DNA from: the human T2T-CHM13v2.0 reference genome, Homo sapiens
Strand: one strand, 5' to 3'
Assembly (NCBI RefSeq): GCF_009914755.1
Contig: NC_060930.1
Length of the DNA stretch: 64,000 nucleotides
Numbering within the stretch: the first letter of the stretch is position 1; the number at the start of each line of letters is the position of its first letter. Positions 13,789 to 26,408 of this stretch are shown here, piece by piece. The notes beneath the pieces are model-generated. The model had not been told where the DNA came from and searched no databases. It was given only the letters and a program-made list of their open reading frames with translations. A program made the translations under genes and the position numbers.

Positions 13789-14367
13789 CTTACCAATATC
13801 TTTTAATGTTACATCAATATTTTTAGATAATAAACATTGTATTGTTGAACAAACTTTATACTCTAAGTTATTTTTTAATTAGGAAGAAACTAAGGAGAAA
13901 AGTTTGAAATAATCTTTGTCCCTCCCATTATACCTGTAATTACGTTTACAATTTTAGGAAAATATTTTAGAACTATAGGAAAATATTTTTAGAAGCCAAC
14001 TTGGATGAATCTTGGGGAGCTCCAGAAACCTTTCACAACTTTTTGAAATGTAAATAACAATTAATTTATAGTTAATGTTTGTTTCTTCATGCCTGTATTT
14101 ATAGTATTTCTCTGGGAACAGAGCTGTAGAAAAAAAAAAAACAGATTAAGAAAGTTTAAAATGGCTCATGTAGGTAATTTTAAAATCTTTAAAAGATATT
14201 ACCTATAGCTAGATTTCCTCTTGTTTAATTCTGCAGCTAGGATATAAGCAACCATACAAGTCCCTAAGAGAGGCAATGAGATCTATCAGAGCAACAGACT
14301 AGGAATCAGGACATGGGAACATGATGGGGGCCCTGCCGTGAACAAGTTAGGATAGCCACTTAAGTCA

Positions 14368-14711
<344 letters not shown>

Positions 14712-17700
14712 CTATAAAATGACTGCCCAGACCCCCTCCTCCTCCAGCATTCTGCAGTTTCTTATTCACTTAACAAACCTTATTAGAGCCTATTAAATGC
14801 AAATTTGCTTTAAAGAGATTATTTATGTTGCCTTTGTTTAATATAATGCCAACGCCAAATATTACATGTTTATATAATGCTTCACTTTTCACATCATCCT
14901 TTATCCTCAAAATAATCCTATTTAGATAGATCAAACATTGCCAAGATCATTTTTGAATGAGTAGACATAGACACAGAACAACTAAATGACTTGTCCAGAA
15001 CCAGAGCAGCTAGCAACAGAGTCAGTTCAAGATTTGGGTCTCCAGTGTCCAACAGACTAATCTCTTTCCTTGGGCACTCTTTGCACAAATAAAAGTACCT
15101 AGCTGTATGGCTGCCTTCTTCCTTCTTTATTGTAAGAATGTCTTGCATCAGCTAGCTGTCCATATGTTTTAGGACATCTGCTGACAGTTATTTGTATACA
15201 GTTACTTGAGACCAGGGCTATGGTTTGATCCCAGTTTCTCCTCCCACAATGCAAGGACCTTGGGCTAGTGATCCACCCACAGAATAAAGATCGACAACCT
15301 TGAGGATATTCTTGGCATCAGTTGTGTTACTGCCTGGGTATGTTGTGAGGGAAACTATCTGTGGAGTCCTTGAACACATGAGGAAAGGACGGATAAGGCC
15401 AATAAACTTTATAAATAGGCTCTTACCAAAGTTTCTTTCAGAAGAAAAAGAGAGCTTTCCAATCCTTGCTTTTCTTAAAGCCATTTTTGACTAACATCTC
15501 TTGGTTGTCAAGGACACAATAAGGTCATTAAAACCGTCTTCATGCTCATTTCCATATTATGTTCCCAAATGGCAGAGCTGGTGTCAGATTCCTTGAGGTG
15601 CAGGGGGAAGGGAATAATAGGAGACTTGCAAAGGCTGGTAGAGATACTAAAATATTCCATGCACTTTTTGTATATCAAAAATTATAAAAAGTCACACTTT
15701 TTCTGTAGCAAATAATATCAACAGGGAAATTCAAGCTAAGATTTAGCCCCAGAATTCGACTAGTCCTTTCAGCCTATTTTGATAACATTCTTTTTATGCC
15801 CTCTCATTCAATCCCAAGTAGGGAAACTGATCAAACGCATTCTGCACATTCCACTGAGCCCACAGATTCAGCCTCCCAGCTGCAGCGCTAACCTCACAAA
15901 TTCAGACTAGCTCCAGTTTACGAGTGGAGCAACTTTCTTGAATGGAGGAATACCCCAAACATACACACTTTACCTAACTTCCCTGACTTTTGCAGCTCCA
16001 GGCTTTTTTTTTGGCTGGCACCATTTTTCTGTCTAATCAGAGACTCTTAGATGGAAAGGATTTTCTCTCTGTACTCTTCCACCTCCCTCTCCACAACACA
16101 ATTTCAAATTCATATTCAATACTGCATTACAACAGTTGCCTGATTTCTGTCAAGGTTCTGACCGTAATGAGGCGCCAGGATATAGTCAGATTTTCAGTTG
16201 GAAAAACTTGGCTTTATGAAGTCTGCATGTGAAGAGTTTGGCAGATGAAAATTCAGAAATACAGCCAATGAGGCAAACATTTAATCTTGGAGAAAGCCCT
16301 TCACATGAATGCAGTTGACATAGAAGAAAGGAAACCACAAAAATAACAGGGCAATAACATTAAAGACTGGGTTTACACACACCAAAAGAAAAGGAAATTC
16401 AGAGCTGACTTCCACATCCCTTCTTACAATTCATCACCGCAGGACGAAATATGCAGATGTTGTTTTTTTTGTGTGTGTGTGAGACTGGAAAAAGAGCAAA
16501 AATTTCAAAATCAGATTAAGACAAATGTAGTAAAATGTCTGGTTATTCTTTGCACTGTGATAGTTATCTTTCATTTTAAGTTCTTAAAATACTTTGCAAC
16601 AATTAGTCTCCCCATTTCATAGCTGGGGAAATTGAGATCCAGGCCAATAAAGTAACTCCTGCTAACACATAGAAAATCAGAACCACAAATTGAGTTGCAA
16701 CTTTTTTTCCACAACCTGTTACAAAAGTCATTTTCTTGATAGCATGCTCTTTTCAAAAAGAAAATAGATTCAAGCCCAGTTCTGGGGATAAATCTTAGCT
16801 TGAATTTAGATTCTAGAACTTTTATTTAAAAGTATTCAATCAGTCAAACAGAGATGTTCTAACATCAATTGTTACAATAGTGCTTTGAAAAATGTATGTT
16901 TTAGGCCAGATTTTATTTGTAATAATGTGAAAATCATTTGGTGATATTTCTTTCCCTTTAGCAACTCACATTTTAGTTCCAGTAATTCAATAAAGTGGCA
17001 AGGTCTAATCATATCTGATTATCTGAGAATTTTTTTTTTACTTCTTTTCAGTGAGACTTAAAAATCATAAAACATTGTACTAAACCCCCAATACAGGGAA
17101 ATCACTTAAACTTTTGAGGTAAAATTTATATCTACTTAACCAAAGTTTATTGTGCATACGTTGGAACTTTCACTGGATCCTTCTAAGTAATGTTTACATT
17201 TCAACCTTGATAAATTTTGAGAGAGCTCCTCAACTTCCTCTCTGTCCCTTTTTCTATTAAATGTGTTGTCAGTAGAGTTTTAATTTTTGAACCAATCTAC
17301 CAGAAGTTGTACCCACAGAAATTGTTCTGAAGTCAGAGCTTCAAGGGTTCAAGCCACACTTGGAAAGAAATTTATCCAGGGTGGCTGGATGGCAGCATAG
17401 CTGGAAGGGAACTTGGGTAGCAGTCAAGGATGGAGACACGAGCCTAACCAGGAACACTAGGGAGGAGAATGTAAAATGAGGTCCGAAGGCAAGAGAAACA
17501 GATGGCCCAGAAAATCTAGAAGATCAGGACATGCACCTCTACATGAAACAGGGCCAGCCAGTGAGGAAAGGGGAGGGAGAGTAGAAATGATGAGAAGATG
17601 CTGAAGTTCCCATTTTTAGAGGAGCCAGATGGCTGAATGTGGATGGGCTGAGAGGCACAAAAGAGTCACTCATGCAGGTCAAACAGGTTAATGCAAATAA

Positions 17701-17845
17701 CACTGAAAGAAAGAATGTAAAGTTCAATAAATTTTCATATGAATTTTTAAAAATTTATTCTTATGATTATTCTTGTTGCAGAATAAAGGTAAAACAAAGA
17801 TATTCTTTAAATAATAAGAAGAAACTCAGAAGAGTTTACCTCTAA

Positions 17846-18283
<438 letters not shown>

Positions 18284-18369
18284 TAATCTAAATGATTATT
18301 GACTCTATAAAAGGATAATAATGATAGATTTAAGCCCAAACCTCAAAAACCATGGGATGCAGGGGACAG

Positions 18370-18470
18370 GATAAAATTCTAGGAACTCCCAAGAAGTATG
18401 GTGAAGGGAGATCCCAGGATGACAGCTGTTCCAGAAAGAGAAAGAAATTAGTTAAGATTGGAAAGAGACT
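18370..18470 (+). mobile_element. HAL1-like fragment
   Basis: ATGGTGAAGGGAGATCCCAGGATGACAGCTGT block recalled from HAL1. Confidence 0.5.
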
Positions 18471-19329
18471 GACTCAAGATACACAAGCACATTGAAGACT
18501 TTATCATCAAGACACCTCTGCCATGTATCTATCTCCTTTTTATCATGAGTTGAAAATGCCTGGGTGAGCCAGCCCAGGCTTTTATTTGTATTTGGCTTGT
18601 CTTAACCACCTGCTGAATTTATGGTCTCAGCTGAATTAGATCAGCTGAGAACACACAGTTCACTCCACAGACGTGTGCCACTTAGATCTGCTCCTGAGAG
18701 CAGGAGGTAGGCTTAGAAGCTTAGTAGCAGTGATAAGCTGAGAAGAAGAAACTACAGAACAATTCACTCCTCTATGATTTTACTCCTAGATAGGTACATA
18801 GCCCATGAAACAATCCGGCTTGCTGGCCCAAATCTGGTATACCAGCCCAATGTTTCCCAAGATTTGCTCAAGATCTTGCCTGATTACTTCCCCAGATGGA
18901 CATCTTACAAACTTTCAGAGGAGCTGAAGCCAGATTGTGAGTATACAATTCTGTTCAGTCATCTTCTCCGAGAACCCTCTATCTCATCTTTTTTCTCAAA
19001 GGTAGGTTTGTGCTTGCTACAGAGTTTTTCAAAACTAAGCCATATATATATATATCATGTAGGAATATATTTGTCACTTGTGAATCCATAAAGAAGCACA
19101 AAAGATTTACCAAAACAAGGCAGGATGATGGTTACACCTGGCAGACAGGAGAAGAATGTAATTGAGGAGGTGATCACAAAGGCTTTCAAGGTATTGGCAA
19201 TATTTTTATTTCTTAATCTGGGTAATGAATACTCAAGAGTTCATTTTAGTGTAAATCTTTACACTGTTCCTCTAGATTCTATACATAATTAAAAAGAAAA
19301 GTGGCAAGAAAAGTCACTTAGCCCCGCCA

Positions 19330-20077
19330 TTTCCATCTCACAATCCCAAACATACTGCACTTGCTATTTCCTTTCTCTTTTCTAGAACCCTGCTGCCACC
19401 ATTGTCCAAACCAGCACCATAACTTGCCTGGAATATGACATGGTTTTCTAAATTAGAAATTGTCTTTTCACTTCTAACTCTGTCCCCCTACATTGTGTTT
19501 CCCACACAAAAGCCAGCTGATCCTTTTAAAGCCTAAGTTGGATCTTGTCACTCCTCTGCTGAAAATTTCTGACGGTTCCCACCCAACTCAGATGAAATGA
19601 GAGTTCTTACCATGGGCTGCAAAGCTCTAACTGACCTGGCCCTGTTAACCCTCTGCCCTTGCCTGCTGGCTTGCCCCTTCCATTTCCTGTCAGACTGGGT
19701 CCTTGTTGCTCCTTTAACTCACCCAGCACACTCCTAGCTCAAAGGCCTGCTTTTTCATCTCAAGAAGTTCATAGAGAAAAATCACTTTTTATTTATGTTT
19801 CAGATAAATGACTTTTTATCAGAAAGGCCTTCCCTGACCATGTATCCTATTTAAATGTTATTAAATATTATCCCTGATGTGCTTTATTATTATTCTTAGA
19901 ACTTATTAAAATAGGACACACATATTTGTTCACTTTTTTCTTTATTCTTTTCTCCTTTACTAGAATGTGAGCTCCATGAGGCCAGAACCTTTGTCTTTTT
20001 TTTTTGTCTTAACTGTTGAACAGTGTCTGGCAATACAGTAGGAGTTCTTTTAATATTTGTTGAGCAAATGAAGAATA
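19330..20077 (+). mobile_element. L2 (L2a-like) 3' region
   Basis: GATCTTGTCACTCCTCTGCTGAAAA...AGGCCTTCCCTGACCA...TAGAATGTGAGCTCCATGAG...GTGTCTGGCA..TAGGA..AATATTTGTTGA terminus. Confidence 0.85.
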
Positions 20078-20407
20078 ATCCTTTATTTACATGTATCCTT
20101 AATCTCAGCCAGATCTTCCAACAAGTCCTGGGTTTACTAGACTTTCTTGTTCTTCACTCAGGTTCTTACAAATGGTCACCAGAAGGAGGACAATCACAAG
20201 TAAGTCACTCAGGCAAAAACTGAGAGTTCACAAAGGCAAAGGATTATAAAAATATTAATGAACTTTGAAAAACTCAAGTCTGCATCATGTCCTTAAGAAT
20301 AGAAACAGATTATAAAGAAAAGGTATAATTAGATAAAAATATAACTATGAAGCATGCATGAAGTATGACTGACTCTAGTTGAAATCCACACCTCTCAAGA
20401 AAGAGGA

Positions 20408-20770
20408 TGTTATGGACTGAATGGTTGTATTCCTCCTAAATTTGTATGCTGAAGCTTTAACCCCCAATGTGATGGTATTTGGATATGGAGACTTTGGGAG
20501 GAAATTAGGTTTAGATGAAGCTGAGTCTCCCATGATAAGACTAGTGTACTTCCAAGAAGAAGAAGAGACCGGAGCTCTCTCTGCCAAGTGAAGACACCAT
20601 GAGAAGATAGTTTGTCTTCAAGTCAGGAAGAGAGCTCTGGCCAGGAACCAAATCTGCCAGGACCTTGATCTTAGACTTCCCAGCCTCCAGAACTGTGAGA
20701 AATGAATGTCTGTTGTTTAAGCCATTCACTCTACGATATTTTACTATAGCATCCCAAGCTGACTAAGACA
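20408..20770 (+). mobile_element. MaLR solo LTR (MLT1A0-like)
   Basis: TGTTATGGACTGAATG...CCCCAATGTGATGGTATTTGG...CCAGCCTCCAGAACTGTGAGAAAT...GACTAAGACA; 363 bp with TG...CA ends. Confidence 0.9.
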
Positions 20771-22528
20771 AAGGCCACTTGACATAGAATAGGAAAAAAA
20801 AATCCCCAGCCATCCCCAGTCAACTATATTTAAGTTACTATGAAAATAAACAGGAGTAAGTGTATTTGGGATTTAAATCACTATGAATTTTAATGCATTT
20901 AATTGAAGTCACAGACCATTGAAAATGAATAAGGTAAATTTTAAGAGGAGAATCTCACAGCTACATTAGTCAAAACCGAAAATTAATGTTACTTCAATAC
21001 TTATTGCTACATCTGTTTCTTTGTTTTTGTCTTTTTTCCCCCAGTAGAAAAGCTTATCTCTAAATTTGAATTAGTTGGCTTTTGCTGATCCACATTTCAA
21101 AGATCTTACTTCTTAAGTTTTGTTGAAAACAAACAAATAACCAAAAAAGAAACCATTAACTCATATCAATGAGTGACAATAAGTTGAAAAAAAAATATTT
21201 TAGGTTAAAATCCTTCTTAACATAATATGGCTGGAATATAAGAGCTAGTTATTACAATTTAGTCTTGGTTTCATCTTTCATTTACTGTTTTTAAAATTCA
21301 GATTTTCCATTAGGAACAAAAATCCATTGTTATCATTCAGCCACATTTCTTTTCCATGTAATTTTGATTTAAAACTTGCATATTTACATGAAACTTTTCA
21401 TTTTAGGAAAATTTGACAAATAATTTTTCATCTGTCTCTTTAACCCTAAAAAGATTAATTTATATGCTTAATAATAAGGCAATATATGTATACTGTTCAA
21501 AAAAACAGCTCCTGGCTGCTATTGGGCCCTAGTAGAGATGGGTGTCTGATTGTGAGTCAAGAGACCTTAATTTTAATCCTGCCTCTAGTAATAACTACTG
21601 GCTTTACCACTTTGGAAAGTCATTTAATTTTTGTGTATCTTAGTTTTTTCTCATCTGGAAGGTGACTAAATAAAGGTTAAGGAGGGCACCAGTTTTAATA
21701 TTATATGAGCCCATATATGACTGTTTCATCTTGCATGATTTGATGCCGTCTTAATCTGAATCTGTACAATTGTAAATATATATGCCTCTAACAACAAAGT
21801 CCTACAATACATGGAGTAAAAACTTTTAGAATTGAAGACAGAAACAGACAATTCAACAATAAGAGTTGCAGACTTCAATACTCCACTTTCAATAGTGGAG
21901 AGAAAAACTAGACAGAAGATCAGCAAGGAAACAGAAGTTTGAACAACATTACAGGCCAACTAGACCTAACATATCCATAGAACATTCAACCCCAAAATAG
22001 CAGAATGTACATTCCCTTCAAGATTAAAAAGAACACTCTCCAAGATAGATCATATACTAAGCCACAAAACAAGTTTTAATAAATTTTAAAAGACTACAGT
22101 TGTACAAGGTGTGCTCTCTGACCCCAACAGAAGTAAATTTAGAATAAGTAACAACAGGAAAATTGGGAAATTACCAAATATGTAGAAGTTAAATGATACA
22201 CTTCACATAATTATTTAGTCAAAGAAGAAATAACAAGGGAAATTAGAAAATACTCTGAAATGAATGAAAACAAACACACAACATACCAAAATGCATAGGA
22301 TGCAATAAAAGCAGTGTTCAGAGGGAAAGTTATAACTGTAAATACTTACTTTCAAAAAGAATAAAGATCTCAAATCAATACTTTAAACCCGAAGGTAAAG
22401 AAACTAGAAAAGGAAGAGTAAATTAAAACCAGAGCAAACAGAGGAAGCAAATAATACATAATAGGGTGAAAATGAATAAAATAGAGAACTCAAAAAGCAG
22501 AGCAAATCAACAAAACAGATGGTTTTTT

Positions 22529-23114
22529 AAATAATGAAAACTAAGTTTATTTCCCTTTCCTCTACTCCACCACCCATTTTTCCTCCCCAGTTGCATTCTC
22601 TCTTACAAGTTTCTCATGTATCCTTTGAGAAACAGTCTACAAATTTTATAGGTATATATTTTCTTTCTCTCCCCCATAAAATTTTTAGCATAATATGAAC
22701 ACAATTTTCCACCATGCTTAGAGAGCATTGGTATTCTCTATACAGGTGCACAATTTTTAGTTTTTCATTGTGTAATTTATATAATACTTTAACAAGACTC
22801 CTGCTGATAGACTTTTAAGTTGTTGTTTGCAGTCTTTTGCTATTATAAGCAGTATTTAAGTATACAATGACCTTATATATGTTTCATTTAAATGTGCAAT
22901 TATAATTCTAAAATTAGTATTTAAAAGCAAATTTTTGTTGAGTCCAAGAATGCATGATGTTTTCCCACACCTTTCTTGTGGGGAGGATGTACTATCAAAT
23001 GTCTGATAATTTTCTGATATAGTAAGATTGAAAAAATTAAAAATACATATTATCCTATAGTCATATTGTTTATGGCTTCTGTGTCATAAATCAAAGGGCT
23101 TTCCTCCCTCTCAG
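22529..23114 (-). mobile_element. Highly diverged L1ME-like 3' fragment, probably the 3' transduced flank of the L1PB
   Basis: GTTTCTCATGTATCCTT...TTTAACAAGACTCCTGCTGATAGACTTTTAAGTTG...CAGTCTTTTGCTATTATAA; minus-strand AATAAA at 22546-22551 lies 17 nt before an A6 run. Confidence 0.6.
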
Positions 23115-25129
23115 TTTATTTTTATTTTATTTTAACTTTTTTTAATGTCAATCCTTTTCTGGTAGTTTTTGGTTGCATGGATTAATGCGTTAGTGGTAAT
23201 TTCTCAGATTTTGGTGTACTCATCACCCAAGCAGTGTACAATGTACCCAATGTGTAGTTGTTTATCCCTCACCTCCCTCTTCCCCCTGAATCCCCAAAGT
23301 CCATGATATCATTCTTATGCCTTTGCATTCTCATAGCTTACCTCTTACTTATAATGCATGCATATGCTTGTGTCTTTACCATATAATGACTTATTTTCCT
23401 CTGGGTAGACTCTCTACCCAGCAGTGGGATTGCTGGATCAAATGGTAGTTCTACTTTAGTTCTTTAAGGAATATCCATCCTGTTTTACACAGTGGTTGTA
23501 CTAGCTTACATTCCCACCAGCAGTGTAAAAGTGTTCCCTTTTCACCATATCCACTCCAACACCTACTATTTATTATTTTTTTTAATTATGGCCATTCTTG
23601 CAGGAGTAAGGTAGTATCTCGTTGTGGTTTTGATTTGCATTTCCCTGATAGTGATGTTGCGCATCTTTGCATGTGTTTGTCGGCCATTTGTATATCTTCT
23701 TTTGAGAATTGTCTATTTATGTCCTTTGCCCACTTTTTGATGAGATTATTTGTTTTGTCTTGCTGATTTGAGTTCCTTGTAGATTCTTGATATTAGTCCT
23801 TTGTCAAATGCATAATTTGTGAGTATTTTCTCCCATTTTGTGGGTTGCCTGTTTACTCTGCTGATTGTTTCTTTCACTGTGCAGAAGCTTTTTAGTTTAA
23901 TTAGGTCCCATTTATTTACTTTTGTTTTTGTTGCATTTGCTTTTGGGTTCTTGGTCATGTACTCTTTGCCTAAGCCAATGTCTAGAAGAGTTTTGCCAGT
24001 GTTACCTTCTAGAATTTTTATAGTTTCAGGTCTTAGATTTAAGTCTTTGATCCATCTTGAGTTGATTTTTGCATAAGGTGAGAGATGAGGATCCATTTCA
24101 TTTTTCTAAATGTAGCTTGCCAATTATCGCAGCTCTATTTGTTGATATTGGGTGACTTTTCCCCACTTTATGTTTTTGTTTGCTTTGTCAAAGATCAGTT
24201 GGCTGCAAGTATTTGGCTTTATTTCTGGATTCTCTATTCTGTTCCATTGGTCTACATGCCTATTTTTATACCAGTATCATGCTGTTTTGCTGGGTAATGT
24301 GATGCTTCCAGATTTGTTCTTTTGCTTAGTCTTGCTTTGGCTATGTGGGGTCTTTTCTTTTTTTGGTTTCATGTGAATTTTCAGATTGTTTTTTCTAGTT
24401 CTATGAAGAATGATGGTGGTATTTTGATGGAATTGCATTCAATCTGTAAACTGCTTTTGGCAGTATGGTTATTTTCACACCATTGATTCTACGTATCTGT
24501 GAGCATGGGATGTGTTTCCATTTGTTTGAGTCATTAATGATTTCTTTCAGCAGGTTTTGTAGTTTTTCTTGTACAGATCTTTCACCTTCTTGGTTAAGTA
24601 TATTTCTAAGTGTTTTAATTTCTTGCAGCTGTTGTAAAAGGGATTGAGTTCTCGGTTAGTTTCTCAGCTTGGTCATTGTTGGTGTATAGTAGTCCTACTA
24701 ATTTGTGTACCTTGATTTTGTATCCTGAAACTTTGCTGAATTCATTTATCAGATCTAGCAGTTTTTTGGATGACTCTTTAGGGTTTTCTAGGTGTACATT
24801 CATATCACCACTAAACAGCAACAGTTCAACTTCCTCTTTACTGATTTTGATGCCCTTTATTTCTTTCTCATGTCTGATTGCTCTGGCTAGGACTTCCAGT
24901 ACTATATTGAATAGAAGTGGTAGATGTGGGCATCTTTGTCTTTTTCAGTTCTCATGGGAAATGCTTTCAATCTTTCGCCATTCTGTATAATCTGGCTGTA
25001 GGTTTTTCATAGATGGCTTTTATTACCTTGAGGTATATCCCTTCTATGCCAACTTTGCTGAGGGTTTTAATTATAAAAAGATGCTGAATTTTGTCAAGTG
25101 CTTTTTCTGCATCTATTGAGATGATCATA

Positions 25130-26408
25130 TTAGGTTGGTGCACAAGTAATTGCAGTTTCAGATCATGAATTTTCAGTCATTATAACTAGGCTCAAACCAC
25201 CTCTTTATTAATCAAAACAGGAACCATTACAATCAACACATTTTTGCCAACAAGAAATGTTTGTTTATTCCTGTAGCATAAAAATCTGTGCCTTGAGATT
25301 CAGTGAATGCTTGGAAAGCATTTTCTACATCCAGCTGGTTGTGGAAGTGTTTTCCCTGCAAAAAGCTGTTGAGATGCTTAAAGAAGTGGTAGTCAGTTGG
25401 TGAGAGGTCAAGTGAATATTGCAGATTAGACAAAACTTCATAGTACAATTTGTTCAATTTTTGAAGTGTTGGTTGTGTGACGTGTGATTAGGCACTGTTT
25501 TGAGAAGAATTGGGCCCTTTCTGTTGACCAATGCCAGCTCCAGGCATTGCAGTTTTCAGTGCATTTCATAGACTTCCTGAGCATAATTTTCAGATATAAT
25601 GGTTTTGCCGGGATTCAGAAAGCTGTAGTGGATAAGATTGGCAGCAGACCACCAAACAATGACGATAACCTTTTTTGGTGCAAGGTTGGCTTTGGGAAGT
25701 GTTTTGGAGTTTCTTCTCGGTCCAACTGCTGAGCTGGCCATTGCCAGTTGTATAAAATCCAATTTTCGTCACATGTCACAATCTGATCAAGAAATGGTTC
25801 TTGCAAATTGTTGTTGCAAAGAGTAAGAGGAGATGACACTTCAAAATGATGATTTTTTTGATTTTCACTCATGAGGCACCCATTTATTCAGCTTTTTCAC
25901 CTTTACAATTTGTATCAAATGCCAAGTGACCATAGAATGGTAGGCATTGAGTTCTTCTGCAACTTCTTGTGTAGTTGTAAGAGGATCAGCTTCGATGATT
26001 GCTCTCAATTGGTCACTGTCAACTTCTGATGGCCCGCCACCATGCTCCTCATCTTCAAGGCTCTTGTCTCCTTTGCAAAACTTTTTGAACCATCACTGCA
26101 CTGTACATTCATTAGCAGTTCCAGGGCCAAATGTGTTGCTGATGTTGCGAGTTGTCTCCACTGCTATACAACCCATTTTGAAAACAAATAAGAAATTAGC
26201 TTAAATTTGCTTTCTAACATCATTTCCACAGTCTAAAATAAACATAAAATAAACAGCAAGTAATACGTCACTAGCAAAAAAATCATAAAGTAAGATATGC
26301 CCATTAAAATGATGTATAACATAACCACATTTATTTAAGAATGTATTCCAATATCAAACAGCAAATTTCAACAATGCAAAGACCACAATTACTTTTGCAC
26401 TTACCTAA
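25130..26408 (-). mobile_element. Full-length Hsmar1 mariner DNA transposon
   Basis: ~30 bp TIRs TTAGGTTGGTGCACAAGTAATTGCAGTTT (25130-) and ACCACAATTACTTTTGCACTTACCTAA (-26408); TA duplication at 25128-29 and 26409-10; L1 ORF2 rejoins across it. Confidence 0.97.
25233..26229 (-). pseudogene. Hsmar1 transposase pseudogene (frameshifted, start ATG mutated to GTG)
   Basis: ORF fragments EPFLDQIVTCDENWILY (first catalytic Asp), IVWWSAANLIHYSFLNPGKTI, YSLDLSPTDYHFFKHL (YSPDL motif), FYATGINK. Confidence 0.93.
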
